DNA of 32,000 nucleotides from Methanococcus maripaludis (GTDB lineage Archaea; AGJL01; Methanococci; Methanococcales; Methanococcaceae), in NCBI RefSeq assembly GCF_002945325.1, contig NZ_CP026606.1:300001-332000 (forward strand), written 5' to 3'. This document shows positions 10,095 to 19,343 of this stretch, piece after piece. Within the stretch, counting starts at the first letter, position 1, and every line of letters begins with the position of its first letter. The position numbers and the translations under genes were made by a program. Below the pieces are notes generated by a model that was not told the DNA's origin, did not search any database, and worked only from the letters and a program-made list of their open reading frames with translations.

Positions 10095-11306
10095 ATGGTT
10101 GAATTATTGGCCCCTGCAAGAGATTTATCGGGCTTGATTACTGCATTCAATAATGGTGCAGATTCAGTGTACTGCGGACTAAAAGAAATGAGTATGCGTG
10201 CAACCGCTAAAAATTTCGAAAGAAATGAGCTAATTGAAGGCATTAACCTCGCACACGATGCAAATAAGCGAGTATATCTATGCACAAACACGGTAGTTTA
10301 CGAAGATGACGTTTTAAATGTAAATGAAATACTCGAATTTGCTAAATCTGCGGAAGTGGATGCCGTAATTGTAAATGATATTGGAGCGATGAGCCTTGCA
10401 GATGAATTAGGACTTGAAATTCACGTGAGCGTTCAAAACAACATTACAAATTCAAAAACTGCTGAATTCTTTTCGAAATTTGCAAAAAGAGTTGTTTTAT
10501 CAAGAGAACTTACATTAACCCAAATTAAACAGATTAAAGAAAATTTAAAACTAAATAAAGTTGATTTAGAACTTGAAGGATTTATTCACGGGGCACTCTG
10601 CACTGCAATGAGTGGAAGATGCTATTTGAGTTCATATTTATTTAATAGAAATGCAAACTGCGGAGACTGCTTACAGCCTTGCAGACGTTCTTGGAAATTA
10701 GTAAATGAACACGCAGACGGAACTCACGAGCTAATTTGCGAAGGAAAATATCTTCTTTCACCAAAGGATCTCTGCATGATTGAACATATCCCAGAAATGA
10801 TAGATGTTTTTGACTGCTTTAAAATTGAAGGGCGTGCTAAAAACGTAGATTACGTGATGCGTGCAACAAAAACGTACCGAAATGCCATTGATTCAGTAAT
10901 TGATGGAACTTATGAAGAAAAATTGCCATTATTTAAAAAAGAACTCGATAAGATCTACAATCGAGGATACGATACAGGATTTTATTTCAGAGATATTGCC
11001 TGTAACCACGATTTACAGTACGAATTTGAAGGAAATATTTCGCCTTACAAAAAAATTGAAGTTGGAAAGGTTGTAAATTACTTTAAAAAGGTCGATGTTG
11101 CAGAAATCACCCTTATTGACGATTTAAATGTTGGAGACAGCGTTTTAATAATCGGGCAAACTACAGGATGCATTGAAGAAAAAATTGAGTCAATGCAGGT
11201 CGAAGGCGAAAACATTACTACTGCCAAAAAAGGTCAAAATGTTGGAATCAAACTTGAAAATTTAGTAAGAGAAAATGACAAAGTTTACATTCTAAAAGAG
11301 GATTAA
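10095..11306 (+). CDS. U32 family peptidase
   Basis: ELLAPARDLSGLITAFNNGADSVYCG; GRCYLSSYLFNRNANCGDCLQPCRR; FKIEGRAKNVDYV. Confidence 0.93.
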   Translation: MVELLAPARDLSGLITAFNNGADSVYCGLKEMSMRATAKNFERNELIEGINLAHDANKRVYLCTNTVVYEDDVLNVNEILEFAKSAEVDAVIVNDIGAMSLADELGLEIHVSVQNNITNSKTAEFFSKFAKRVVLSRELTLTQIKQIKENLKLNKVDLELEGFIHGALCTAMSGRCYLSSYLFNRNANCGDCLQPCRRSWKLVNEHADGTHELICEGKYLLSPKDLCMIEHIPEMIDVFDCFKIEGRAKNVDYVMRATKTYRNAIDSVIDGTYEEKLPLFKKELDKIYNRGYDTGFYFRDIACNHDLQYEFEGNISPYKKIEVGKVVNYFKKVDVAEITLIDDLNVGDSVLIIGQTTGCIEEKIESMQVEGENITTAKKGQNVGIKLENLVRENDKVYILKED

Positions 11307-11397
11307 TTTAGTTTTTAAATTAAAATTCCGAAATTAGTACACTAAATTTTTATATTTAGAAGTATGAATTATGAATATCAAACTCATGGTGATTATA

Positions 11398-12291
11398 ATG
11401 AAAGAAGATAAGATGTCTAAATTTGCACATATTACAAGCGTACACCCTTGCTACAACGAAAAACTCCACCACAAAATTGGAAGAGTTCATTTGCCCGTTG
11501 CACCAAAATGTAATATTGCGTGCAGATTCTGTAAAAGGAGTATCGGAGATGAATCAGTCTGTGAAGACAGGCCCGGTGTTTCACATCACATCATGAAACC
11601 AGCAGAAGTTGAAAATTATTTAAATGATTTACTTGAAAGAAGTCCAAACATCAAAGTTGCAGGAATTGCAGGACCTGGAGACAGCTTGTTCAATGAAGAA
11701 ACTTTTGAAACATTGGAAGTTTTAAAAGAAAAATTCCCTGATTTAGTTAGATGTCTTTCAACAAACGGACTTTTACTTCCAAAATATGCTGAAAGATTGG
11801 CAGAACTTGGAGTAAAAACCGTAACAGTAACGGTAAACGCGGTAGATCCAAAAATTCAAGCACAGATTGTTGACTGGATATACTACGAAGGAAAAGTTTA
11901 CCGTGGAGAAGAAGGTGCTGAAATTTTAATCAAAAACCAGATTGAAGGAGTTAAAAAACTGGCAGAATTTGATGTTGCAGTTAAAATTAACACGGTATTG
12001 ATCCCTGAAATAAACATGGACCATATTGTGGAAATTGCAAAAACTTTCGAAAAAGATGCGTTCGTTCATAACGTAATTCCTTTAATTCCAATGTACAAAA
12101 TGGAAAATTTAAGAAAACCAACCTGTGATGAAATAAGCAACATAAGAGATACTGCCGAAGAATACCTCCACCAGTTTAGAGCATGCCAGCAGTGTAGGGC
12201 AGATGCAGCAGGACTTATTACCGAACACAAACACCTTGGAGAAAAAGGTAAAAAATTAGACATTTACGATTTAAAACACTTCTCACACTAA
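11398..12291 (+). CDS. nifB: NifB, nitrogenase FeMo-cofactor biosynthesis radical SAM protein (short archaeal form)
   Basis: HPCYNEKLHHKIGRVHLPVAPKCNIACRFCKR (CX3CX2C), CEDRPGVSHH, GPGDSLFN, C-terminal CQQCRADAAG; no NifX-like C-terminal domain; GGTGAT before ATG 11398. Confidence 0.95.
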   Translation: MKEDKMSKFAHITSVHPCYNEKLHHKIGRVHLPVAPKCNIACRFCKRSIGDESVCEDRPGVSHHIMKPAEVENYLNDLLERSPNIKVAGIAGPGDSLFNEETFETLEVLKEKFPDLVRCLSTNGLLLPKYAERLAELGVKTVTVTVNAVDPKIQAQIVDWIYYEGKVYRGEEGAEILIKNQIEGVKKLAEFDVAVKINTVLIPEINMDHIVEIAKTFEKDAFVHNVIPLIPMYKMENLRKPTCDEISNIRDTAEEYLHQFRACQQCRADAAGLITEHKHLGEKGKKLDIYDLKHFSH

Positions 12292-12392
12292 TTTCTTTTT
12301 TAAATTTTTTATTTTTTTAACCATAAGGTATAAATGATACTTTTTAAAGATAAAAGCTAGATAAGAAACATGATTTTTTAAAGGTGCTATTT

Positions 12393-12665
12393 ATGGAAAA
12401 TGTGGTAATTACCGTTGTTGGTGTTGATAAACCAGGTATCGTTGCAGAAGTTACAAAAGTTCTCGCACAAAACAGTGCAAACATCGTAGATATCAGGCAG
12501 ACAATCATGGAAGACCTGTTCACAATGATCATGCTTGTTGATATTTCTAAAATAAGTTCAGACTTTTCAGAATTAAACGTTGCTCTTGAAAAGCTCGGAT
12601 CAGAAATCGGAGTTAAAATAAACGTGCAACACGAAAATATCTTTAAATACATGCACAGAATTTAA
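12393..12665 (+). CDS. ACT domain protein (UPF0237-like)
   Basis: VVITVVGVDKPGIVAEVTKVLAQNSANIVDIRQTIMEDLFTMIMLVD. Confidence 0.92.
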   Translation: MENVVITVVGVDKPGIVAEVTKVLAQNSANIVDIRQTIMEDLFTMIMLVDISKISSDFSELNVALEKLGSEIGVKINVQHENIFKYMHRI

Positions 12666-12740
12666 CTTTTTTAAATTTTCAAAAATACTTTTTTTAAACT
12701 TTAAAATAAAAATTAAAAGAGAATTAATCATTTAACGTAA

Positions 12741-13292
12741 TTATTTAAATATTTTAAGCTCTTCTTGAAGTTTTACCGCTTCATTCATCCATTCTTCTTC
12801 TATCGGCTTTTCTGATGCAACCATTACTATGGTTTTATCCCTAATTGTTTTTCGAATTCTCATTCCTTCTGGAAAAACACGGTTCATAAAATCAAGGACC
12901 CTATCAATAAAATCCTCTTTTGCATCGTGAATTACCATGTTTAAATCAACTTCTGAATCTGTAACGACTTCAAATCTTGAAGGCTGATCCATAACATTTA
13001 TTTTTGCTAAAAGCTCTGTTGCGTAAGTTTCATCATCAATATTTAATTTAGTTATCGTCTTTCCGTCAGATTTCTTTGATTCATCTATTGTTGCAATATC
13101 CCTTAATCTTATCAGCTTTGAAGTTGATTTTGGCAAAATTCCAATTATAAAATATGGAACGTCCTGTTTGCATATCATTTTTGCCTTTATGATAGATTTT
13201 CCTAAAACGAGGTCTTCGAGAGACGTTTGAATAATTCTTTCGTAAATTGCTTTTCCAGCTTCGTCATTACATTCGACATCAATATAAGCCAT
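12741..13292 (-). CDS. Probable methanogenesis marker protein 17
   Basis: 183 aa; length and overall sequence character recalled as marker 17; not verified by search. Confidence 0.6.
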   Translation of the reverse strand: MAYIDVECNDEAGKAIYERIIQTSLEDLVLGKSIIKAKMICKQDVPYFIIGILPKSTSKLIRLRDIATIDESKKSDGKTITKLNIDDETYATELLAKINVMDQPSRFEVVTDSEVDLNMVIHDAKEDFIDRVLDFMNRVFPEGMRIRKTIRDKTIVMVASEKPIEEEWMNEAVKLQEELKIFK

Positions 13293-13367
13293 ATTACCCC
13301 TGAATCTTAAAAATGGATGATTATTTTCTAAAGTAATATATTGTAAAAATAGTATATAAATAAAGTC

Positions 13368-13571
13368 TTAGCCACCTGAAACAATTGGAACCAGTCTTAA
13401 AGTGTCTTTTTCAAAAAGATCATCAGTTTCAGAAAGAATTTCGCCATTTCGAACAACGAGATTGTCTTTTACGTCTATCTTTTCGATGAAATCTTTTAAC
13501 TTTGCATTTTCCGGCAGTTCAATTTCGGACAATTCTCCAGCATTCTTTATAAAAACTTTCAAAAGAACCAC
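13368..13571 (-). CDS. ThiS/MoaD-like beta-grasp (ubiquitin-like) small protein
   Basis: 67 aa with C-terminal ...DTLRLVPIVSGG diglycine and ThiS/MoaD-like spacing. Confidence 0.82.
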   Translation of the reverse strand: MVLLKVFIKNAGELSEIELPENAKLKDFIEKIDVKDNLVVRNGEILSETDDLFEKDTLRLVPIVSGG

Positions 13572-13619
13572 CTGATTTTAAAATAATAAAAAAATAGTTA
13601 AAAATGAAAAATAAATAAA

Positions 13620-14612
13620 TTATTCTTCTTTTTCAAGACCGCACATTTTTCTTAATTTTGCGCCGACTTCTTCGATTTGTAAGTCTCCTTCGAGTCTTCT
13701 CATTGATTTTAAATGAGCATAGCTTACCTGTTTTTCGAGAAGGAATTCTTTTGTGAATCTTCCATCTTGGATTTCTCTTAAGATTTCTTTCATTGCAGCT
13801 TTTGAATCAGCTGTAACGATTCTGCTTCTTCTTGTAAGTCCACCGTATTCTGCAGTGTTACTTACATCGTTCCACATGTTTTTGAATCCTTTTTGGTAGA
13901 TTAAGTCAACGATTAATTTCAATTCGTGGCAGGTTTCAAAGTATGCCATTTCTGGTGCGTATCCTGCTTCAACGAGTGTTTCAAATCCTGCTTTGATTAA
14001 TTCGGTAACTCCACCGCATAAAACAGCTTGTTCACCGAAAAGGTCAGTTTCTGTTTCTTCTTTGAAAGTTGTCTGGATAACTCCAGCTCTTGATAAACCG
14101 ATTCCTTTTGCCATTGCTGAAACAATATCAAATGCGTTGTTTGTTGCATCAATTTCGATACAGATTAAACCTGGAACACCGAAACCTTCTTCGTATGTTC
14201 TTCTAACCATTTTTCCAGGTGATTTTGGAGCAACTAATACCACGTTAACTCCTTTTGGTGGAACAATGAATCCATAGTGGATGTTAAAACCATGTGAAAA
14301 GCTGAGTGTTTTTCCTTCTTTTAAATATGGTTTTATCTGGCTTTCATAAACTTCTGCCTGTAATTCATCAGGTATTAAGATGTGGATGATGTCCGCTTTT
14401 TCAGCAGCTTCTTCAATGGTCATTACATTGTGACCGTCTGCTTTAGCGTTGTTCCATGAAGCACCGTTTTTTCTTAAACCAACAACAACGTTTAATCCGC
14501 TGTCTTTCATGTTTAAGGACTGTGCTCTACCTTGACTTCCATAACCGATTACTGCAATTGTTTTTTCTTTTAAAGCATCTAATTTAAAATCTGAGTCATA
14601 GAATACCTTCAT
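13620..14612 (-). CDS. ilvC: Ketol-acid reductoisomerase
   Basis: ORF 13620..14633, ATG at 14612; [66 protein letters not shown]. Confidence 0.97.
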   Translation of the reverse strand: MKVFYDSDFKLDALKEKTIAVIGYGSQGRAQSLNMKDSGLNVVVGLRKNGASWNNAKADGHNVMTIEEAAEKADIIHILIPDELQAEVYESQIKPYLKEGKTLSFSHGFNIHYGFIVPPKGVNVVLVAPKSPGKMVRRTYEEGFGVPGLICIEIDATNNAFDIVSAMAKGIGLSRAGVIQTTFKEETETDLFGEQAVLCGGVTELIKAGFETLVEAGYAPEMAYFETCHELKLIVDLIYQKGFKNMWNDVSNTAEYGGLTRRSRIVTADSKAAMKEILREIQDGRFTKEFLLEKQVSYAHLKSMRRLEGDLQIEEVGAKLRKMCGLEKEE

Positions 14613-14731
14613 TGTCTTCACCTCTAATCTCACAATCTTTTATAGTATAATCATATATAATGATATCTAAAATTAGGCATAAACTATAATAAATTACGGC
14701 AAAACACGAACTTTTGGGCGAGGCGATATTA

Positions 14732-15697
14732 ATGGATCGGGGGGCTATTCAGCTAAAAAAGACTCTTTGGAAACTTACAAAATTTTCAGAAGATTATTTT
14801 GCATTACTGGTTATTTTAGGTTCAATTATTGGTTTTTTTAATCCGAGTATATTTGGATGGGCAATCCCCCACATTTCTCTGTTTCTCGGAATTATCATGT
14901 TTGGAATGGGTATGACATTAAATAAAGATGATTTTAAAACAGTTTTAGAAAGGCCAATTGACGTAGTCTTTGGATCAATTTTACAGTTTAGTTTAATGCC
15001 ACTGCTTGCTTTTTTAGTGATTACAATATTTCATCTACCAACAGAACTTGCATTAGGGTTCATTTTACTGGGTTCATGCCCGGGAGGCACTGCATCAAAT
15101 GTAATAACATACCTTGCAAAAGGAGACGTTGCACTCTCAGTTGCGATCACGACATTTTCAACACTTCTCGCACCAATGATTACCCCCATACTGGTACTAT
15201 GGTTTGCTGGAACGTGGATAGATGTTTCAGCATATTCGATGTTTCTATCAATTGTAAAAATTGTATTAATTCCAGTAATTCTAGGAGTAATTATAAATAA
15301 TTCACTTGGAAAAAAAATTGATTCGATAAGGCATGTTTTACCGCTTTTATCGGTTGTTGCAATAGTTTTAATCGTTGGTGCAATAATTGGAGTTAATTCA
15401 GAAAAAATTGTATCTTCAGGAGTTATTGTTTTACTTGCAGTAATAATCCACAATGCTTTCGGACTTTTATTTGGATATATCGGAACAAAAATCATTGGAA
15501 TGGATGAAAAAAAATCAAGGGCTGTTACAATAGAAGTTGGAGTTCAAAATTCGGGACTTGCAGTAGCACTTGCAACAATCCATTTTTCACCACTTGCAGC
15601 AGTTCCTGGAGCAATTTTTAGCGTCTGGCATAATATTACAGGGCCAATTCTCGCAAACTACTGGTCTAAAAAAGATAAAAAGGAATCTTTTGTTTAA
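14732..15697 (+). CDS. BASS family (bile acid:Na+ symporter-like) transporter
   Basis: FGMGMTLNKDDFKTVLERP, LGFILLGSCPGGTASNVITYLAKGDVALSVAITTFSTLLAP, EVGVQNSGLAVALA. Confidence 0.92.
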   Translation: MDRGAIQLKKTLWKLTKFSEDYFALLVILGSIIGFFNPSIFGWAIPHISLFLGIIMFGMGMTLNKDDFKTVLERPIDVVFGSILQFSLMPLLAFLVITIFHLPTELALGFILLGSCPGGTASNVITYLAKGDVALSVAITTFSTLLAPMITPILVLWFAGTWIDVSAYSMFLSIVKIVLIPVILGVIINNSLGKKIDSIRHVLPLLSVVAIVLIVGAIIGVNSEKIVSSGVIVLLAVIIHNAFGLLFGYIGTKIIGMDEKKSRAVTIEVGVQNSGLAVALATIHFSPLAAVPGAIFSVWHNITGPILANYWSKKDKKESFV

Positions 15698-15718
15698 TCC
15701 GTTCAAATTATAACTCAT

Positions 15719-16171
15719 TTATATTTCATTTATAAATTTTTTTAAATCCGAAAAATTTTCTGGCTTTACATACAGCCTAAACCAGTTATCTTCAAAACCC
15801 CATAATATGGAGGGTATTTTCTTTTCTTTTAGTTTTAAATAGCCATAAAAAAGTCTAGATATTTTATCCATAATGTCAATTTCTCGAAATTCTGATATTA
15901 ATTCAATTTTATCGTTTCTGTAAGGTATTCTAACGTTACAAATCCCTAATTTTTCAGAATTTATATCCTGAAATATCACTGTATCGTAGGTGCATAATTT
16001 TGAAAAGTATGCATTTATCGTATTCATCGAAATATCATTTTTTTCACACATCCACTCTTCATATACGCAGATATCTTTAAAAGGATGGTTTCTAGATACA
16101 ATATTTTCCCAAATCTGATTTAGGGGCGCTTTTGAATAATAATTTCTGGTTTCGATATCCTCACCGTTCAT
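15719..16171 (-). CDS. Hypothetical protein
   Basis: 150 aa from ATG at 16171, which has GGTGG upstream; longer ORF to 16231; no family recognised. Confidence 0.6.
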   Translation of the reverse strand: MNGEDIETRNYYSKAPLNQIWENIVSRNHPFKDICVYEEWMCEKNDISMNTINAYFSKLCTYDTVIFQDINSEKLGICNVRIPYRNDKIELISEFREIDIMDKISRLFYGYLKLKEKKIPSILWGFEDNWFRLYVKPENFSDLKKFINEI

Positions 16172-16554
16172 GAGTACCACCCCAAAAACGTTATATAAAA
16201 TAAATAAAACTAAAAGAATCAAACAGTTCAAAAGTTTAAAGGCAATAATATATCTGCCGTTCTTTGATATATATTATTCGGATAATCCATTCTTTAAACT
16301 TAATTTAGACAATTAATTGAAAGTAATACGAAAAAAAAGAAAAAATGACGGCTACCTACTAAATAAATAATTATAATATTCATTTAAAAATATATTAATG
16401 GGCAAAATATAATAATCCAAAAGAAGGGGATAATTATATAAATTTTAAAAATTATAAATTTTATCAGGAAATAATCTTTGATATTGCCTAAAACTCCGTT
16501 TTTTACGAAATTTTATGGGAATAATCGAAAATTAATTCCTACGAACTCTCTATT

Positions 16555-16571
16555 TAAGCTAAATCAGCTTA
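16555..16571 (+). other. Small hairpin TAAGCT-aaatc-AGCTTA
   Basis: 6-bp perfect inverted repeat with 5-nt loop, read directly. Confidence 0.5.
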
Positions 16572-16630
16572 TTAAATTGAGGCATTTGTTTTTGGAGCCC
16601 CCCTTCAAAAAATGCTTAATTTTTTTTCTA
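16571..16630 (+). promoter_or_regulatory. Long imperfect hairpin with C6 run, followed by T-rich tract (candidate sRNA/attenuator/terminator)
   Basis: GGCATTTGTTTTTGGAG / CTTCAAAAAATGCTT inverted arms around CCCCC(C), then TTTTTTTCTATTTTT. Confidence 0.45.
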
Positions 16631-16775
16631 TTTTTAAAAAAGTTTAGAGTTACCCCAATTTGGAAAATAAAATTTACATAGTATAATATTTTTCTTTTGT
16701 TCACAACCTATCAATTTTTTATACACCTCCTAACAAAGTTATGATTTATACTAAATAGCTTAATTTGGTGATTTT

Positions 16776-18299
16776 GTGGGGATTGGCGATATTTTCAACG
16801 CGGGAAAATTTAAAAAAGAAATTGAAAATTTAAAAAAGGAAAACGAACGTTTAACTCAAGAAATTGAAAATTTAAGAAAAGAAAACGATGAATTAAATAA
16901 AAAAGAGTTAAATCTTGAGCAATTGAAATATCTTGATTTAAAAAAGGAAATTGAAAATCTCGAAAGTACAAAGAAAGAGAAAGAAAATGCCTTAAAAATT
17001 TCTTTAGAGAATTTGGATCAAAAACGACAAGATAAAATATACCATATAAATGCAGAAATTAAAAGATTAGAAGAAGAAAAACAAGCTAAAATTAAAGGAA
17101 TCGATCTAGAACTAAAAGCATTTACAAAAAAGACCAATTTAGAAATGAAAAAATTAAAAGAAAGAAAAAATGAACTTTTAGATACTATCGAGGATCTTGA
17201 AAAGAAAATTATCTCTTTTGAAGAAGAAATTTTAATACAATCTTTTGGATTTTATGATCCAAGGTATAATTTAACCACCTCCGAAGCATACAAAAATAAA
17301 TTAACAGAAGTAAGAACTCAACAAAAAGAAATGGTTAAGAATAAAAAAGCTGTTGATTATTTTGACGGTTGGGAACTAAATGGAAGTAAAAAAGAAGGTC
17401 AAAAGATGAACAATGATAATATAAAACTCATTGTTAGGTCTTTTAATAATGAATGTGAAGCCAGTGTTTTCAAAGTTAAATATAATAATATAGATGCGAG
17501 TGAAAAAAGAATTAGAACGTCTTATGATACATTAAATAAGTTGGGGGAAAGAAATAGAATAACAATTACCTCCAGATACCTCAATTTGAAATTACAGGAA
17601 TTGTATTTGGCTTATGAATACGAATTAAAGAAAAGGGAAGAACGTGAAGAACAAGCGAGAATAAAAGAACAGATGAGGGAAGAAGCCAGGGTTTTGAAAG
17701 AAATAGAAACAATGAAAGCCAAAATTGAAAAAGAAGAAACTCATTTTAAACAGGCAGTTGCCGGGATAAAAGAAAAAATGGAAAATGCGACTGAAACTCA
17801 GAAATTAAAATATGAAGAAAAATTAAGGGAACTCGAAGAGAAAATTAGGCTTTTAGAAAAAGATAAAGAAGATGTATACAACAGAGAACAGAATACAAGG
17901 GCAGGTTATGTATACATTATTTCGAATATCGGTTCGTTTGGGGATGACATATATAAAATCGGAATGACTAGACGTCTTGAACCATTTGAACGGGTAAGAG
18001 AACTTAGTGGGGCTTCCGTCCCATTCCCATTCGATGTTCATGCCATGGTATTTAGTGAAGATGCTCCAAAACTTGAAAATGCACTCCATAATTACTTTAG
18101 AGATAGACAATTAAATAAAGTAAACAACAAAAAAGAATTTTTCAAAGTTAATCTTCATGAAGTGGAGAAAGTTGTTAAAGAAAATCATAACAAAGTCGTT
18201 GAATTCACGAAAATTGCTGAAGCTGAACAATATCGCCAAAGTATTGCAATGGATAACAAAATAACTGAAAAAGAAGAAAAAATAGGGTATGAAGCTTAA
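16776..18299 (+). CDS. DUF4041 domain protein with C-terminal GIY-YIG (T5orf172/MUG113-like) nuclease domain and long coiled coils
   Basis: 507 aa, GTG start; heptad-rich N-terminus; EEEILIQSFGFYDPRYNLTTSEAYKNKL, NGSKKEGQKMNNDNIKLIVRSFNNECEASVFKVKYNN (DUF4041); TRAGYVYIISNIGSFGDDIYKIGMTRRLEPFERVRELSGASVPFPFDVHAMVFSEDAPKLENALHNYF (GIY-YIG). Confidence 0.9.
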   Translation: MGIGDIFNAGKFKKEIENLKKENERLTQEIENLRKENDELNKKELNLEQLKYLDLKKEIENLESTKKEKENALKISLENLDQKRQDKIYHINAEIKRLEEEKQAKIKGIDLELKAFTKKTNLEMKKLKERKNELLDTIEDLEKKIISFEEEILIQSFGFYDPRYNLTTSEAYKNKLTEVRTQQKEMVKNKKAVDYFDGWELNGSKKEGQKMNNDNIKLIVRSFNNECEASVFKVKYNNIDASEKRIRTSYDTLNKLGERNRITITSRYLNLKLQELYLAYEYELKKREEREEQARIKEQMREEARVLKEIETMKAKIEKEETHFKQAVAGIKEKMENATETQKLKYEEKLRELEEKIRLLEKDKEDVYNREQNTRAGYVYIISNIGSFGDDIYKIGMTRRLEPFERVRELSGASVPFPFDVHAMVFSEDAPKLENALHNYFRDRQLNKVNNKKEFFKVNLHEVEKVVKENHNKVVEFTKIAEAEQYRQSIAMDNKITEKEEKIGYEA

Positions 18300-18317
18300 T
18301 TAGTAGGGGTGTCAATA

Positions 18318-18734
18318 ATGCATTGTACAGAATGTGGATCTGAAGTTTTTGAAAACGAAAAATTTTGTCATAATTGTGGGGCCAAAATTAGTAGAAATTT
18401 TAAAACAGATATGTCAATTACTACGAACGAGGTTAAAGAACCTGCAATGCAAGTTAAAACGATAGAAGCTCCAAAAACCGCCAAAGTCATCGCAGTTACA
18501 AATGACCGGAAACCTACCACAATGGTAAAAATCATCGCAATAATTCTTTCAATATTTTTACCAGGTGTAGGTCATATGATTTTGGGTGGTTCTTATATAA
18601 ATAAAGGACTCTGGATTTTTATTGGCACGATTGCATGTGCTGTAACAAGTTTTTTAATCCTTCCAATTCTCATACTTATGGGGCTCTGGATTTACGCCAT
18701 TTTTGATCTTGCAAAAGTCCAAACTATTGATTAA
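18318..18734 (+). CDS. Zinc-ribbon membrane protein (TM2-like)
   Basis: N-terminal MHCTECGSEVFENEKFCHNCGAKI zinc ribbon; C-terminal hydrophobic FLPGVGHMILGGSYINKGLWIFIG and second TM segment; AGGGGTG precedes ATG 18318. Confidence 0.88.
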   Translation: MHCTECGSEVFENEKFCHNCGAKISRNFKTDMSITTNEVKEPAMQVKTIEAPKTAKVIAVTNDRKPTTMVKIIAIILSIFLPGVGHMILGGSYINKGLWIFIGTIACAVTSFLILPILILMGLWIYAIFDLAKVQTID

Positions 18735-18820
18735 ACTACTTTTTTTATTTTTAAATATAAATCTCAAAAATAATTTGCTATTTAAAATATACATTCTTAA
18801 AAAACGTTTAAAAAAGAAAA

Positions 18821-19330
18821 TTATGCTTTATTTGATTTTAAAATTTTAGATCCTCGCATAAGAGCAGTAAGTCCAGTTCTTGCAATTTCTTTTATGCCCA
18901 TTGGCCTTACAAGGTCTAAAAAGGCGTTTACTTTTTGTTCGTCGCCAGTAATTTCAACAGTGAGTGTTTCAGTGCTTAAATCGATAATTTTTCCCCTAAA
19001 TATATTTGCATACTGGATTACCTGAGATTTACTATCTTCAGTAGGCGCATAAACTTTTACAAGACATAATTCTCTTTGTACTGACTTTTTACTGTTTAAA
19101 TCGGTAACTTTTACAACTTCTACCAATTTATTCAACTGTTTTACAACCTGTTCAAGTACTGTATCATCTCCCTGAACAACTATTGTCATTCTTGCAACAT
19201 CAGGGTTTTCAGTGCTTCCAACAGTCATGCTTGAGATATTAAACCATCTTCTGGTAAACAGACCTGAAATTCTCTGCAATACGCCAGGTTTGTGCAAAAC
19301 CAAAACTGAAATGATGTGTTTGTGTTCCAT
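18821..19330 (-). CDS. ilvN: Acetolactate synthase small subunit
   Basis: ORF to 19339, ATG at 19330 with GGTGATT; [34 protein letters not shown]. Confidence 0.96.
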   Translation of the reverse strand: MEHKHIISVLVLHKPGVLQRISGLFTRRWFNISSMTVGSTENPDVARMTIVVQGDDTVLEQVVKQLNKLVEVVKVTDLNSKKSVQRELCLVKVYAPTEDSKSQVIQYANIFRGKIIDLSTETLTVEITGDEQKVNAFLDLVRPMGIKEIARTGLTALMRGSKILKSNKA

Positions 19331-19343
19331 TGCAATCACCCGA

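Noticed and set aside
16478-16681. + strand 67-aa ORF (MILPKTPFFTKFYGNN...) in the long intergenic region
   Set aside because: Low complexity, spans the inverted repeats, no RBS; better explained as non-coding.
16232-16775. Possible tRNA or C/D-box RNA gene in the gap
   Set aside because: No cloverleaf, GTTCRA/CCA-like signature or paired C and D boxes could be found by eye; only the C-loop hairpin stands out.
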